DNA from: Acutalibacteraceae bacterium
GTDB lineage: Bacteria > Bacillota > Clostridia > Oscillospirales > Acutalibacteraceae
Reading direction: 5' to 3'
NCBI GenBank assembly: GCA_050946805.1
Contig: JBMNVM010000001.1
Location: forward strand, 1-27,062
DNA length: 27,062 nucleotides
Numbering within the stretch: the stretch's first letter is position 1; each line of letters opens with the position of its first letter. The notes beneath the pieces were generated by a model. That model was given only the letters and a program-made list of their open reading frames with translations. It searched no databases and was not told where the DNA came from. Positions 16,713 through 25,135 of this stretch are shown in pieces. The position numbers and the translations under genes are program-made.

Positions 16713-19219
16713 TGAAATTTTCTTTCATGACCAAGGGCTGGCACTCAATCAGCTTTGATGAATTCTGTAACGTTGCCAAGGAGCTTAAATTTAAAGGTAT
16801 AGAGCTTCATAACATACATAATCCTCTTTTTACCGATAAAGACGGCGCCTTCCATGACTATGCCGCGGCCTCAACCCTTAGAAAGCTTTATGAGATGAAG
16901 CTGGAGCTGCCCTGCATTGACACTATATGTGATATAGCGGTTCAAAACGCGGTTGATGAAAATATTGCGGAAATTACCGCCTGCTTAAATGTTGCCGCAA
17001 ATCTTAAAATACCGTACGTGCGGCTTCACGCTTGCGACACCGTGTATACCGAAGAAAAGAACAAGGCAACAACCGACCTTTTAAAAAAGGTGCTTCCCAT
17101 GGCCGAGGAAAAGGGCGTAACCCTGCTTGTCGAAACCAGCGGGATTTATTGCGATACCGCAAAGCTGCGGGATTTGCTTGACAGCTTTGCCTGCGACAGT
17201 CTGGCGGCTTTATGGGATATGTACTCCCCTTATTTCAATGCCGGCGAACAGCCCGAAGCCACAATTCAAAATCTCGGCGCCTATATAAAGCATGTGCATA
17301 TAAAGGATGCGGTCAGGACAGAAAAGGGTGTCGAATTTTGTCTTATCGGCGAGGGGGAAATGCCGATTATCGAAATGATGCAGGGGCTTCGTTCCCTTAA
17401 TTACGACGGCTTTTTCTCCCTTGAGTGGCACCCCAAATGGTGCGAAGAGCTTGATGACATGGAAATCATCTTCTCACAGTTCATAAACTACATGAAGCAG
17501 TTCGGGGATACCTCCAAGAGTGATAATTCCCTTTACTACAACCGCGATCATACGGGAAGATACGTCTGGGAAAAGGACAGGTTAATAGATGCCACCTTTT
17601 CGCAGGTTTTAGACCGCATGGTGGAGGAGTTTCCCGACCAGTACGCCTTTAAATACACCACCCTTGACTACACAAGGACATACAGCGAGTTCAGGGACGA
17701 TGTTGACCTTTTCGCCCGCTCCCTTATTTCAATGGGGGTAAAGGCGGGAACCCACGTTGCGGTATGGGCTTCCAACGTGCCGCAATGGTTTATTGCCTTT
17801 TGGGCAACCGTTAAAATAGGCGCTGTGCTTGTAACCGTAAATACCGCCTACAAAATTCACGAGGTTGAATACCTTTTAAGGCAGTCGGACACCCATACCC
17901 TTATTATGACCCAGGGCTCGAAGGACTGCAACTACGGTGAAATAATTGCTCAGCTTTGTCCCGAGCTTGAAAATACAAAGCCCGGCACACCGCTTCACAG
18001 CAAGCGGCTGCCCTTCCTTCGAAACGTAATAACCGTAGGATACAAGCAAAAGGGCTGCATGACATGGGCGGATGCCGTCGCCCGCGCTTCGCAGGTGCCG
18101 GTAAGCGAGGTTTACCGCATGGCGGCGTTGGTTGACAAGGATGATGTCTGCAATATGCAGTACACCTCCGGCACGACAGGTTTCCCTAAAGGTGTTATGC
18201 TGACACACTATAATGTTGTGAACAACGGAAAGTACATAGGCGACCATATGGATCTTTCGACCGCCGACCGCATGATGATTCAGGTTCCGATGTTCCACTG
18301 CTTTGGCATGGTGCTTTCCATGACCGCCTGCATGACCCACGGTTCCACCATGTGCCCGCTGCCATACTTTTCGCCCAAGCCGGCGCTGGCCTGTGTCAAC
18401 GCCGAGCGGATTACCGCATTTAACGGCGTGCCCACAATGTTTATTGCCATGATGCAGCATCCGGACTTTAAGAAGACCGATTTTTCACATGTAAGAATAG
18501 GTATTATGGCCGGCTCGAACTGCCCTGCGGAGCTTATGAAAAAGGCCTCAAAAGACATGAATATGCGGGAAATAATATCTGTCTACGGCCAGACCGAGGC
18601 CTCACCGGGCTGCACCATGAGCAGCTATTACGATTCGCTTGAGGTGCGTACCGAAACGGTAGGCTCCGCCTTTGCTCATATCGAATGTAAGATTATTGAC
18701 CCTGAAACCGGCAAGGAGTGTCCCGACGGTGTCAGCGGTGAGTTTGTCGTGCGCGGCTACAATGTAATGAAAGGGTATTATAAAATGCCCTCCGCCACCG
18801 CTTTGGCCATTGACAAGGACGGTTGGCTCCACACAGGCGACCTTGCGACCAGACGGCCGGACGGGAACTTTTGCATAACCGGCAGACTTAAAGACATGAT
18901 AATACGCGGCGGAGAAAACATTTATCCGAAAGAGATAGAGGAGTTTATCTACACCTGCGACAAGGTGCGGGATGTACAGGTTATCGGCGTGCCTGATGAA
19001 AAGTACGGCGAGGAGATAATGGCCTGCATTATATTAAAAGACGGGGAGACCATGACCGCTGATGAAATGAGGTCTTACATAGCTGCCAACCTTGCCCGCC
19101 ACAAGGTTCCAAGGTACATTGAATTTGTTGACAGCTTCCCTATGAACGCCGCAGGTAAAATTTTGAAATACAAAATGCGCGAAGAAGCTGCAGAAAGGTT
19201 GGGACTTTCGAAAAAATAA
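16712..19219 (+). CDS. fusion of an N-terminal xylose-isomerase-like (AP endonuclease 2) TIM barrel and a C-terminal AMP-binding acyl-CoA synthetase
   Basis: N-terminus: KGIELH, LLVETS, HVHIKD, GEGEMP, FSLEWH. C-terminus: QYTSGTTGFPKG, YGQTEASP, GWLHTGDL, GRLKDMIIRGGENIYPKEIE, NAAGKILK. TAATG overlap with the upstream gene. Confidence 0.9.
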   Translation: MKFSFMTKGWHSISFDEFCNVAKELKFKGIELHNIHNPLFTDKDGAFHDYAAASTLRKLYEMKLELPCIDTICDIAVQNAVDENIAEITACLNVAANLKIPYVRLHACDTVYTEEKNKATTDLLKKVLPMAEEKGVTLLVETSGIYCDTAKLRDLLDSFACDSLAALWDMYSPYFNAGEQPEATIQNLGAYIKHVHIKDAVRTEKGVEFCLIGEGEMPIIEMMQGLRSLNYDGFFSLEWHPKWCEELDDMEIIFSQFINYMKQFGDTSKSDNSLYYNRDHTGRYVWEKDRLIDATFSQVLDRMVEEFPDQYAFKYTTLDYTRTYSEFRDDVDLFARSLISMGVKAGTHVAVWASNVPQWFIAFWATVKIGAVLVTVNTAYKIHEVEYLLRQSDTHTLIMTQGSKDCNYGEIIAQLCPELENTKPGTPLHSKRLPFLRNVITVGYKQKGCMTWADAVARASQVPVSEVYRMAALVDKDDVCNMQYTSGTTGFPKGVMLTHYNVVNNGKYIGDHMDLSTADRMMIQVPMFHCFGMVLSMTACMTHGSTMCPLPYFSPKPALACVNAERITAFNGVPTMFIAMMQHPDFKKTDFSHVRIGIMAGSNCPAELMKKASKDMNMREIISVYGQTEASPGCTMSSYYDSLEVRTETVGSAFAHIECKIIDPETGKECPDGVSGEFVVRGYNVMKGYYKMPSATALAIDKDGWLHTGDLATRRPDGNFCITGRLKDMIIRGGENIYPKEIEEFIYTCDKVRDVQVIGVPDEKYGEEIMACIILKDGETMTADEMRSYIAANLARHKVPRYIEFVDSFPMNAAGKILKYKMREEAAERLGLSKK

Positions 19220-19220
19220 A

Positions 19221-20027
19221 ATGGTAAACGGAATTTATGTAATAGATGCACATTGCCATATATACCCCGAAAAGATTGCCGCCAAGGCCGTTGCCGGCAC
19301 CGACAGGTTCTACGGCGGAAAATCGGTGGGTACCGGTACGGTCGGCGATCTTTTGGAAAGGGGAGCCGAGGCCGGCATTGACCGTTTTATCGTTCAGTCG
19401 GTTGCCACAACGCCGAAACAGGTGCGAAGCATTAATGATTTTATCGCATCGCAGGTGTCCGAAAATCCGCAAAGGTTTATAGGCTTTGGCACACTGCACC
19501 CCGACAGCGAGGATATAAACGGGGATGTTGAACACTTAATGGAGCTGGGACTTAAAGGCGTAAAGCTGCACCCCGATATTCAGGCATTTAAAATCGACGA
19601 CTACCGCTGCCTTAAAATCTATGAGATTTGTGAGCAAAAGGGGCTGCCGATTTTAATGCACACCGGTGACTACCGCTTTGATTACTCAAATCCCAACCGC
19701 CTTTTGCCGATTTTGGATATTTATGAGAATTTAACGGTCATAGGGGCGCATTTGGGCGGCTGGTCGGTTTGGGATGAGGCATGCGAAAAATACGCCGGAA
19801 AACCGAAATTTTATGTTGACTGTTCCTCGAGTTTCAGTTATTTGAAACCCGAAAAGGCACTTGAAATTATACGCCGCTACGGCGCCGACAGGGTGCTTTT
19901 CGGCACCGATTACCCGATGTGGTCGCCAAAGGCCGAGCTTGAATATTTTTTGGCTCTCGGTCTTGACGAACACGAAAAAGAGTGTATACTAAATATAAAC
20001 GCCAAGAAGCTTTTAAATTTGGAGTAG
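19221..20027 (+). CDS. amidohydrolase family 2 metal-dependent hydrolase
   Basis: IDAHCHI, GVKLHP, ILMHTG, AHLGG, VLFGTDYP. Confidence 0.88.
   Translation: MVNGIYVIDAHCHIYPEKIAAKAVAGTDRFYGGKSVGTGTVGDLLERGAEAGIDRFIVQSVATTPKQVRSINDFIASQVSENPQRFIGFGTLHPDSEDINGDVEHLMELGLKGVKLHPDIQAFKIDDYRCLKIYEICEQKGLPILMHTGDYRFDYSNPNRLLPILDIYENLTVIGAHLGGWSVWDEACEKYAGKPKFYVDCSSSFSYLKPEKALEIIRRYGADRVLFGTDYPMWSPKAELEYFLALGLDEHEKECILNINAKKLLNLE
19963..19990 (+). promoter_or_regulatory. possible internal sigma-A promoter for metY-metA
   Basis: TTGACG (19963-19968), 16 bp spacer, TATACT (19985-19990), inside the 3' end of the amidohydrolase gene. Confidence 0.45.
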
Positions 20028-20068
20028 TACGGCCTTGACACAGAGAATTAAGATTTGGAGAAATTGTG

Positions 20069-21352
20069 ATGAGTAATTATAATATCGAGACAAAGTGTGT
20101 CCAAAGCGGGTATACTCCGGGCAACGGGGAACCGCGCGAAATTCCGATTATTCAAAGCACAACCTTTAAATATGCCACCTGCGAGGAAATGGGAAAGCTC
20201 TTTGACCTTGAGGCAAGCGGCTATTTTTATACTCGGCTTCAAAATCCTACAAACGATATGGTGGCGGCCAAGATCTGTGATATGGAGGGCGGCGCCGCCG
20301 CAATGCTGACCTCCTCTGGTCAGGCTGCATCCTTTTACTCTGTTTTTAATATAGCCTCCTGCGGCGATCATGTTGTCTGCTCTGCCTCAATTTACGGCGG
20401 AACATATAACCTTTTTGCCGTTACCATGAAAAGAATGGGGGTTGAATTTACCTTTGTTTCCCCCGACTGCTCGGAGGAAGAGCTTAACGCGGCATTCCGC
20501 GAAAACACAAAGGCGGTTTTCGGGGAAACCATAGCCAACCCGTCTTTGGTTGTTCTTGATATTGAAAAGTTCGCAAAAGCGGCTCACAGCCACGGGGTAC
20601 CGCTTATTATTGACAATACCTTTGCCACACCGGTCAACTGCCGCCCCTTTGAATGGGGAGCCGACATTGTAACCCATTCCACCACAAAGTATATGGACGG
20701 TCATGGCGCCGCCGTGGGCGGATGCATTGTCGATTCAGGCAAATTTGACTGGAGCAAATATCCGGATAAATTCCCGGGACTTTGTACTCCGGATGAAAGC
20801 TATCACGGCGTTATATATACCAAGCGCTTCGGAATAGAGGGCGCGTATATCACAAAGGCAACCGTTCAGCTTATGCGTGATTTAGGCTCCATTCAGGCGC
20901 CACAAAACGCCTTTTTACTTAATTTGGGGCTTGAAAGCCTGCATGTAAGAATGAAGCGCCACTGCGAAAATGCCCTTGCCGTTGCCGAGTATTTGGAGTC
21001 GGACGACAGGATTTCATGGGTCAACTACCCGGGGCTTAAAAGCAGTAAATACTATGAACTGGCCAAAAAGTATATGCCGAACGGCACTTGCGGCGTTGTA
21101 AGCTTTGGAATAAAGGGCGGAAGAGCCGCTGCCGAACGGTTCATGAAAAATTTAAAGCTTGCGGCCATTGAAACCCATGTTGCGGACGCGCGCACCTGCT
21201 GTCTGCATCCGGCAAGCACGACCCACCGCCAGATGAATGACGATGAACTCAAGGCCTGCGGAATCACGCCCGACCTTGTCCGTTTCTCCTGCGGAATTGA
21301 AAACTCAGGGGACTTGATTGAGGATATAAAGCAGGCTTTGGATAACATATAA
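20069..21352 (+). CDS. metY: O-acetylhomoserine sulfhydrylase (aminocarboxypropyltransferase)
   Basis: YTRLQNPT, TSSGQAA, ETIANP, DNTFATP, HSTTKYMDGHG (PLP lysine), HPASTTHRQ. ATG 20069, or GTG 20066. Confidence 0.88.
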   Translation: MSNYNIETKCVQSGYTPGNGEPREIPIIQSTTFKYATCEEMGKLFDLEASGYFYTRLQNPTNDMVAAKICDMEGGAAAMLTSSGQAASFYSVFNIASCGDHVVCSASIYGGTYNLFAVTMKRMGVEFTFVSPDCSEEELNAAFRENTKAVFGETIANPSLVVLDIEKFAKAAHSHGVPLIIDNTFATPVNCRPFEWGADIVTHSTTKYMDGHGAAVGGCIVDSGKFDWSKYPDKFPGLCTPDESYHGVIYTKRFGIEGAYITKATVQLMRDLGSIQAPQNAFLLNLGLESLHVRMKRHCENALAVAEYLESDDRISWVNYPGLKSSKYYELAKKYMPNGTCGVVSFGIKGGRAAAERFMKNLKLAAIETHVADARTCCLHPASTTHRQMNDDELKACGITPDLVRFSCGIENSGDLIEDIKQALDNI

Positions 21353-21376
21353 AATTTTAAGGAAAAGGAAAAGCCT

Positions 21377-22300
21377 ATGCCTATTAAAATACCAAACGAT
21401 TTACCTGCCGTAAAAATTTTGAATGAAGAAAATATCTTTGTTATGACCGAAACAAGGGCCATAACGCAGGATATTCGTCCGCTTAAAATTCTGGTGCTTA
21501 ATTTAATGCCCAAGAAGATTGAGACCGAAACCCAGCTTTCAAGGCTTCTGGGAAACACTCCCTTGCAGGTGGATCTTGAGTTAATTCATACAAAAAGCCA
21601 TAAGTCCAAAAACACCTCGGCGGAGCATCTTATCGCCTTTTACAAAACCTTTGACGATATAAAGGATCGCGCCTTTGACGGGATGATTATCACCGGCGCG
21701 CCTGTCGAGCAGATGGAGTTTGAAGAGGTTGAGTACTGGAAAGAGCTTTGTGAAATAATGGAATGGACCAAAACCCACGTTCACAGCACCTTCCATATAT
21801 GCTGGGGGGCGCAGGCGGGGCTTTATTACCATTACGGAATAAAGAAATATCCGCTTGATAAAAAGCTTTTCGGCGTTTTCCCGCACAAGGTGGATTATAA
21901 AAAGTCCATACTTTTCCGCGGGTTTGACGATGTGTTCATGGTTCCCCAGTCCCGCCATACCACCGTATCGAGCGAGGATATAAAGCAGGTTAAAGAGCTG
22001 CGTATCTTATCAAGCTCTGACGAGTGCGGGGTTTACGCCATATCCACAAAGAACGGCAAGCAGATTTTCATAACCGGCCATTCGGAATATGACCGCGATA
22101 CGCTGGCCAACGAGTATTTCAGGGACTTAAACGAAGGCCGACCGATTGAAATTCCGAAAAACTATTTCCCGGGCGACGACCCCAAAAACACGCCGGTCGT
22201 AACATGGCGTTCGCACGCCAATCTGCTTTTCTCTAACTGGCTTAACTACTTTGTTTACCAGACAACTCCTTACGATATCGAAAAGATAAAAAAGGATTAA
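21377..22300 (+). CDS. metA: homoserine O-acyltransferase MetA, acetyl-CoA type
   Basis: [30 protein letters not shown] (E111), HICWGAQ (C142), [21 protein letters not shown]. Confidence 0.96.
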   Translation: MPIKIPNDLPAVKILNEENIFVMTETRAITQDIRPLKILVLNLMPKKIETETQLSRLLGNTPLQVDLELIHTKSHKSKNTSAEHLIAFYKTFDDIKDRAFDGMIITGAPVEQMEFEEVEYWKELCEIMEWTKTHVHSTFHICWGAQAGLYYHYGIKKYPLDKKLFGVFPHKVDYKKSILFRGFDDVFMVPQSRHTTVSSEDIKQVKELRILSSSDECGVYAISTKNGKQIFITGHSEYDRDTLANEYFRDLNEGRPIEIPKNYFPGDDPKNTPVVTWRSHANLLFSNWLNYFVYQTTPYDIEKIKKD

Positions 22301-22386
22301 ACTTATATATTTTCACTTTGCGGCTTGACCGCCCTTATAGTTTTGCTTTTGGACGGCGAAGTCTGCAAAAGATATATAAAAATCAG

Positions 22387-22423
22387 AAAAACCCGGAAAG
22401 ACCTGAATCTTTCCGGGATTTTT
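22387..22423. terminator. bidirectional terminator between metA and rubredoxin
   Basis: AAAAA-CCCGGAAAGA-CCTGAA-TCTTTCCGGG-ATTTTT. Confidence 0.75.
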
Positions 22424-22441
22424 ATGCTTGTAATTAAATAA

Positions 22442-22576
22442 TTATTCTTCCGGCTGGAATTCCTCCTTGCCTGCACCGCAAAGCGGGCATACCCAATCGT
22501 CCGGCAACTCGGCGAAGGGCACCTTTTCCTCGGCCTCGTCATAAACATAGCCGCAAAGAGAACATACGTATTTCAT
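22442..22576 (-). CDS. rubredoxin, 44 aa (absent from the ORF track)
   Basis: GGAGGTG RBS, then [44 protein letters not shown]; two CxxCG iron knuckles and LPDDWVCP. Confidence 0.95.
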   Translation of the reverse strand: MKYVCSLCGYVYDEAEEKVPFAELPDDWVCPLCGAGKEEFQPEE

Positions 22577-22800
22577 ATTGACACCTCCAATTTTCTATAC
22601 AATTCCCCAAACGGGATTGCTTGCAATTTCCTTTATTTGCTTTATGATTTTAAGTGAATTGCCATAAATACAAGTTTTTACAAAAGCTTTGCTTTTATGT
22701 ATTATACAACAAAAAAATGGAAAAATCCAGCATGATTTTAAATTCTCACGCCTTGCCGAAAAAACGGCAGATAATTTGTGGAAACTATGCAGAAAAAATA

Positions 22801-22829
22801 TTAAAACAGTCCGCAAGGGACTGTTTTAA
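22801..22829 (-). terminator. terminator of the ECF S-component gene
   Basis: TTAAAACAGTCC-GCAAG-GGACTGTTTTAA; followed on the minus strand by TATTTTTT. Confidence 0.75.
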
Positions 22830-22857
22830 TTAAATGATTTACCCATAAAAAATGGAT

Positions 22858-23592
22858 TTAAATTTTCTTTAATTTTGCAAACGGCTTTTCAAGTGCACTA
22901 TAGAGTGCTACTCCGCCGATAACCGCGATACCCGCGTTTATAAGGGTCGAACCCTGCGCCAAAACCGCCGCAGCCGTAGCCGCCGACACGCTGGAGCCGG
23001 CAAGGCTGAACTGAACGATTTTCCACAGCGTTTCGCCGATTATATTTACCATCATGCCGCAGGAGGCTGCCACAATGGCGGATGCGGTTTTTTGCGGGAA
23101 TTTATTTTTAAGCAGTGCAAAGAAGAAGCAGATAAGCCCCACAACAATAAACAAGGGGCAAAGAACCACAGTTTTACCCTCATACCCGCTTTTTGCGGCG
23201 GGGATTGCAAGCGCGGCGGCAATAAGAATTGATACAGCGCCGGAAATCCAAAGTGCGGTTGCAGGATAGCTTTTGCGATTTTTAAAGAGGGTGAAAACCG
23301 CGCCTACCGTAATACCGATTAGGAATTTCAGCAAAAAGGTTTTTGGAGCCGAGTCGGCATGGCCGTTTAAAATATCAAAAAGTCCCATTCCGACAGAACC
23401 GGCAAGCCCGCCCTGCCATCCGCCGACAAGCAGTGCCGCCACAACGACTATCAGGTTGCCGAAATGTATGTACATTTGCGCAAAGGGAAAGAAGAAAACC
23501 GTCAAGGCGATATAGCACAGTGCAGCGAAAAGCGCAATAAATGTTAAATCAAGCAATTTTTGACGGGGTGTTTTTTTAATCTTTTCTGACAT
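22858..23592 (-). CDS. ECF transporter S component, probably vitamin B6 related
   Basis: IALFAAL, YIHFGNLIVVVAALLVGGWQGGLAGSVGMGLFDIL, APKTFLLK. Substrate is inferred from the divergent MocR/PdxR regulator. Start set at ATG 23592. Confidence 0.8.
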   Translation of the reverse strand: MSEKIKKTPRQKLLDLTFIALFAALCYIALTVFFFPFAQMYIHFGNLIVVVAALLVGGWQGGLAGSVGMGLFDILNGHADSAPKTFLLKFLIGITVGAVFTLFKNRKSYPATALWISGAVSILIAAALAIPAAKSGYEGKTVVLCPLFIVVGLICFFFALLKNKFPQKTASAIVAASCGMMVNIIGETLWKIVQFSLAGSSVSAATAAAVLAQGSTLINAGIAVIGGVALYSALEKPFAKLKKI

Positions 23593-23644
23593 AATATCAC
23601 TTCCCACTATTGATTTTTTGATTGATTGATAGTATTATACTAAT

Positions 23645-23696
23645 AAAGTGTCCGCTTTAAAATAGCCAATTTCATCTTTTTTTGAAAGGACAGTTT
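23645..23696. promoter_or_regulatory. candidate MocR/PdxR operator with three related boxes
   Basis: AAAGTGTCC (23645-23653, +); TAGCCAATTT (23663-23672, = AAATTGGCTA on -); GGACAGTTT (23688-23696, = AAACTGTCC on -). A minus-strand TATAAT at 23639-23634 has a poor -35. Confidence 0.5.
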
Positions 23697-23700
23697 TGCT

Positions 23701-25059
23701 ATGCTGCTTGATTTTGCCGATCTTTCACTTGCCAACAAGGGGGAAATTTATCTTACCCTTTACGAACAGATTAAAAAAGCAATCAAAACAAAGGCCATAA
23801 AGCCGGGGGAAAAACTTCCCTCGGTCAGGGAGGCTGCGGCCGAGCTTGGGGTCAGCCGCACGACCATTGAAAACGCCTATACACGCCTTTGCATTGAAGG
23901 GTTTGCCGAAAGCATACCTCAAAAGGGGTATTTTATTATTGCCCCTGTCGGCAGAAAGTACACGCCGGCGGCGGAGAAAACTGCCAAAGAGCCAAAAATA
24001 ATCTACGATTTTTCAAGCCGCAGGGTTGATGAAAAGGCTTCGGATACGAATTTATGGAAAAAGACGGTAAGGTCGGTTTTGTGGGATTCGGGCGAGCTTA
24101 TTTCCTACGGCGACCCGCAGGGCGAGCCGGGGCTTCGGGCGGCTTTAGCGGATTATTCCTTTAAAGCAAGGGGTGTCTCCGCAAGGGCGGAGAATATTTT
24201 AATAGGCGCTGGCGCGGGACCGCTGCTTAACATATTGTGCGGGCTTATCGGCAGGAATGTTACCGTGGGTCTTGAAAACGGCGGTTTTTTCGAAGCTGAA
24301 AGAATTTTTTCGGATTACGGAATAAAAACCCTTCCGCTTAAATACGATAAGGACGGAGCCACAATAGATAGCTTAAAAACCCTTGACCCCGACATACTGT
24401 TTATGATGCCTTCATTACTGCCCAAAATCAGCCCGACCACCCTTTCCAAGCGGCGAAACAGTATCCGCAAATGGGTGGAGGAGAAAGAAAACCGCCTGAT
24501 TATAGAGGACGACTACAACGGCGAGCTTCGCTACACCGCCCGAAGCGTTCCGGCATTTCAGCAGCGCTGCCCCCAAAAAACGGTATATATCGGCAGCTTT
24601 TCAAAGCTTTTGCTGCCAAGTGTACGAATAGCTTATATGGTATTACCCGACTTTTTGATTTCCCGCTTTAGGGAGTTTTCCCACTGTTATAACCAGACCT
24701 GCGGCAAAATCGAGCAATTGGCGCTTGAGAAATACATTTCCTCCGGCAGCCTTGAAAAGCACCTTAAGAAACTTAGAAGACTTTATTACAACAAAAGTCA
24801 AATTCTAATTAGGGAGCTTGAGGATAATCTGCGAGTTTTCAAGGCGGCAAGGCTGTATGAATCCTCACTTACGGTCGAGCTTGAAACGACCCTTGACATG
24901 GGCAGCTGCCAAATCTGTCAAGCGGCGCTTGAGTATGGCATCAACCTTTTGGAGGCCAAACAAAAGGGATGTGTGCGGCTTTGCTTTGCGGGAATAGCGG
25001 AGGAGGAAATTGCGGGAGCGGTAAAATACCTCGACACAGTTTTTGGAAAAATAAAATAA
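23701..25059 (+). CDS. MocR/PdxR family GntR regulator with PLP-dependent aminotransferase-like domain
   Basis: EKLPSVREAAAELGVSRTTIENAY winged HTH; YGDPQGEPGLR, IIEDDYNGE, GSFSK (PLP lysine). Confidence 0.93.
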   Translation: MLLDFADLSLANKGEIYLTLYEQIKKAIKTKAIKPGEKLPSVREAAAELGVSRTTIENAYTRLCIEGFAESIPQKGYFIIAPVGRKYTPAAEKTAKEPKIIYDFSSRRVDEKASDTNLWKKTVRSVLWDSGELISYGDPQGEPGLRAALADYSFKARGVSARAENILIGAGAGPLLNILCGLIGRNVTVGLENGGFFEAERIFSDYGIKTLPLKYDKDGATIDSLKTLDPDILFMMPSLLPKISPTTLSKRRNSIRKWVEEKENRLIIEDDYNGELRYTARSVPAFQQRCPQKTVYIGSFSKLLLPSVRIAYMVLPDFLISRFREFSHCYNQTCGKIEQLALEKYISSGSLEKHLKKLRRLYYNKSQILIRELEDNLRVFKAARLYESSLTVELETTLDMGSCQICQAALEYGINLLEAKQKGCVRLCFAGIAEEEIAGAVKYLDTVFGKIK

Positions 25060-25063
25060 TGTG

Positions 25064-25092
25064 TTGAAAATTGTCGGTTTATATAATATACT
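25064..25092 (+). promoter_or_regulatory. sigma-A promoter for the DUF3048 gene
   Basis: TTGAAA (25064-25069), 17 bp spacer, TATACT (25087-25092). Confidence 0.55.
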
Positions 25093-25135
25093 GTCTTGTG
25101 TGGTTAAATTTCTTATAATTCTTTGGAGGCTTTAA

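Noticed and set aside
20035-20063. TTGACA in the amidohydrolase-metY gap as a promoter
   Set aside because: There is no -10 hexamer at 16-18 bp spacing.
22303-22548. 81-aa minus-strand ORF in the track
   Set aside because: It is a wrong-frame shadow of the rubredoxin gene, crosses a terminator and has no RBS.
22776-22793. Rex operator upstream of rubredoxin
   Set aside because: Only the left half resembles TTGTGAA; the right half matches TTCACAA at 2 of 7 positions.
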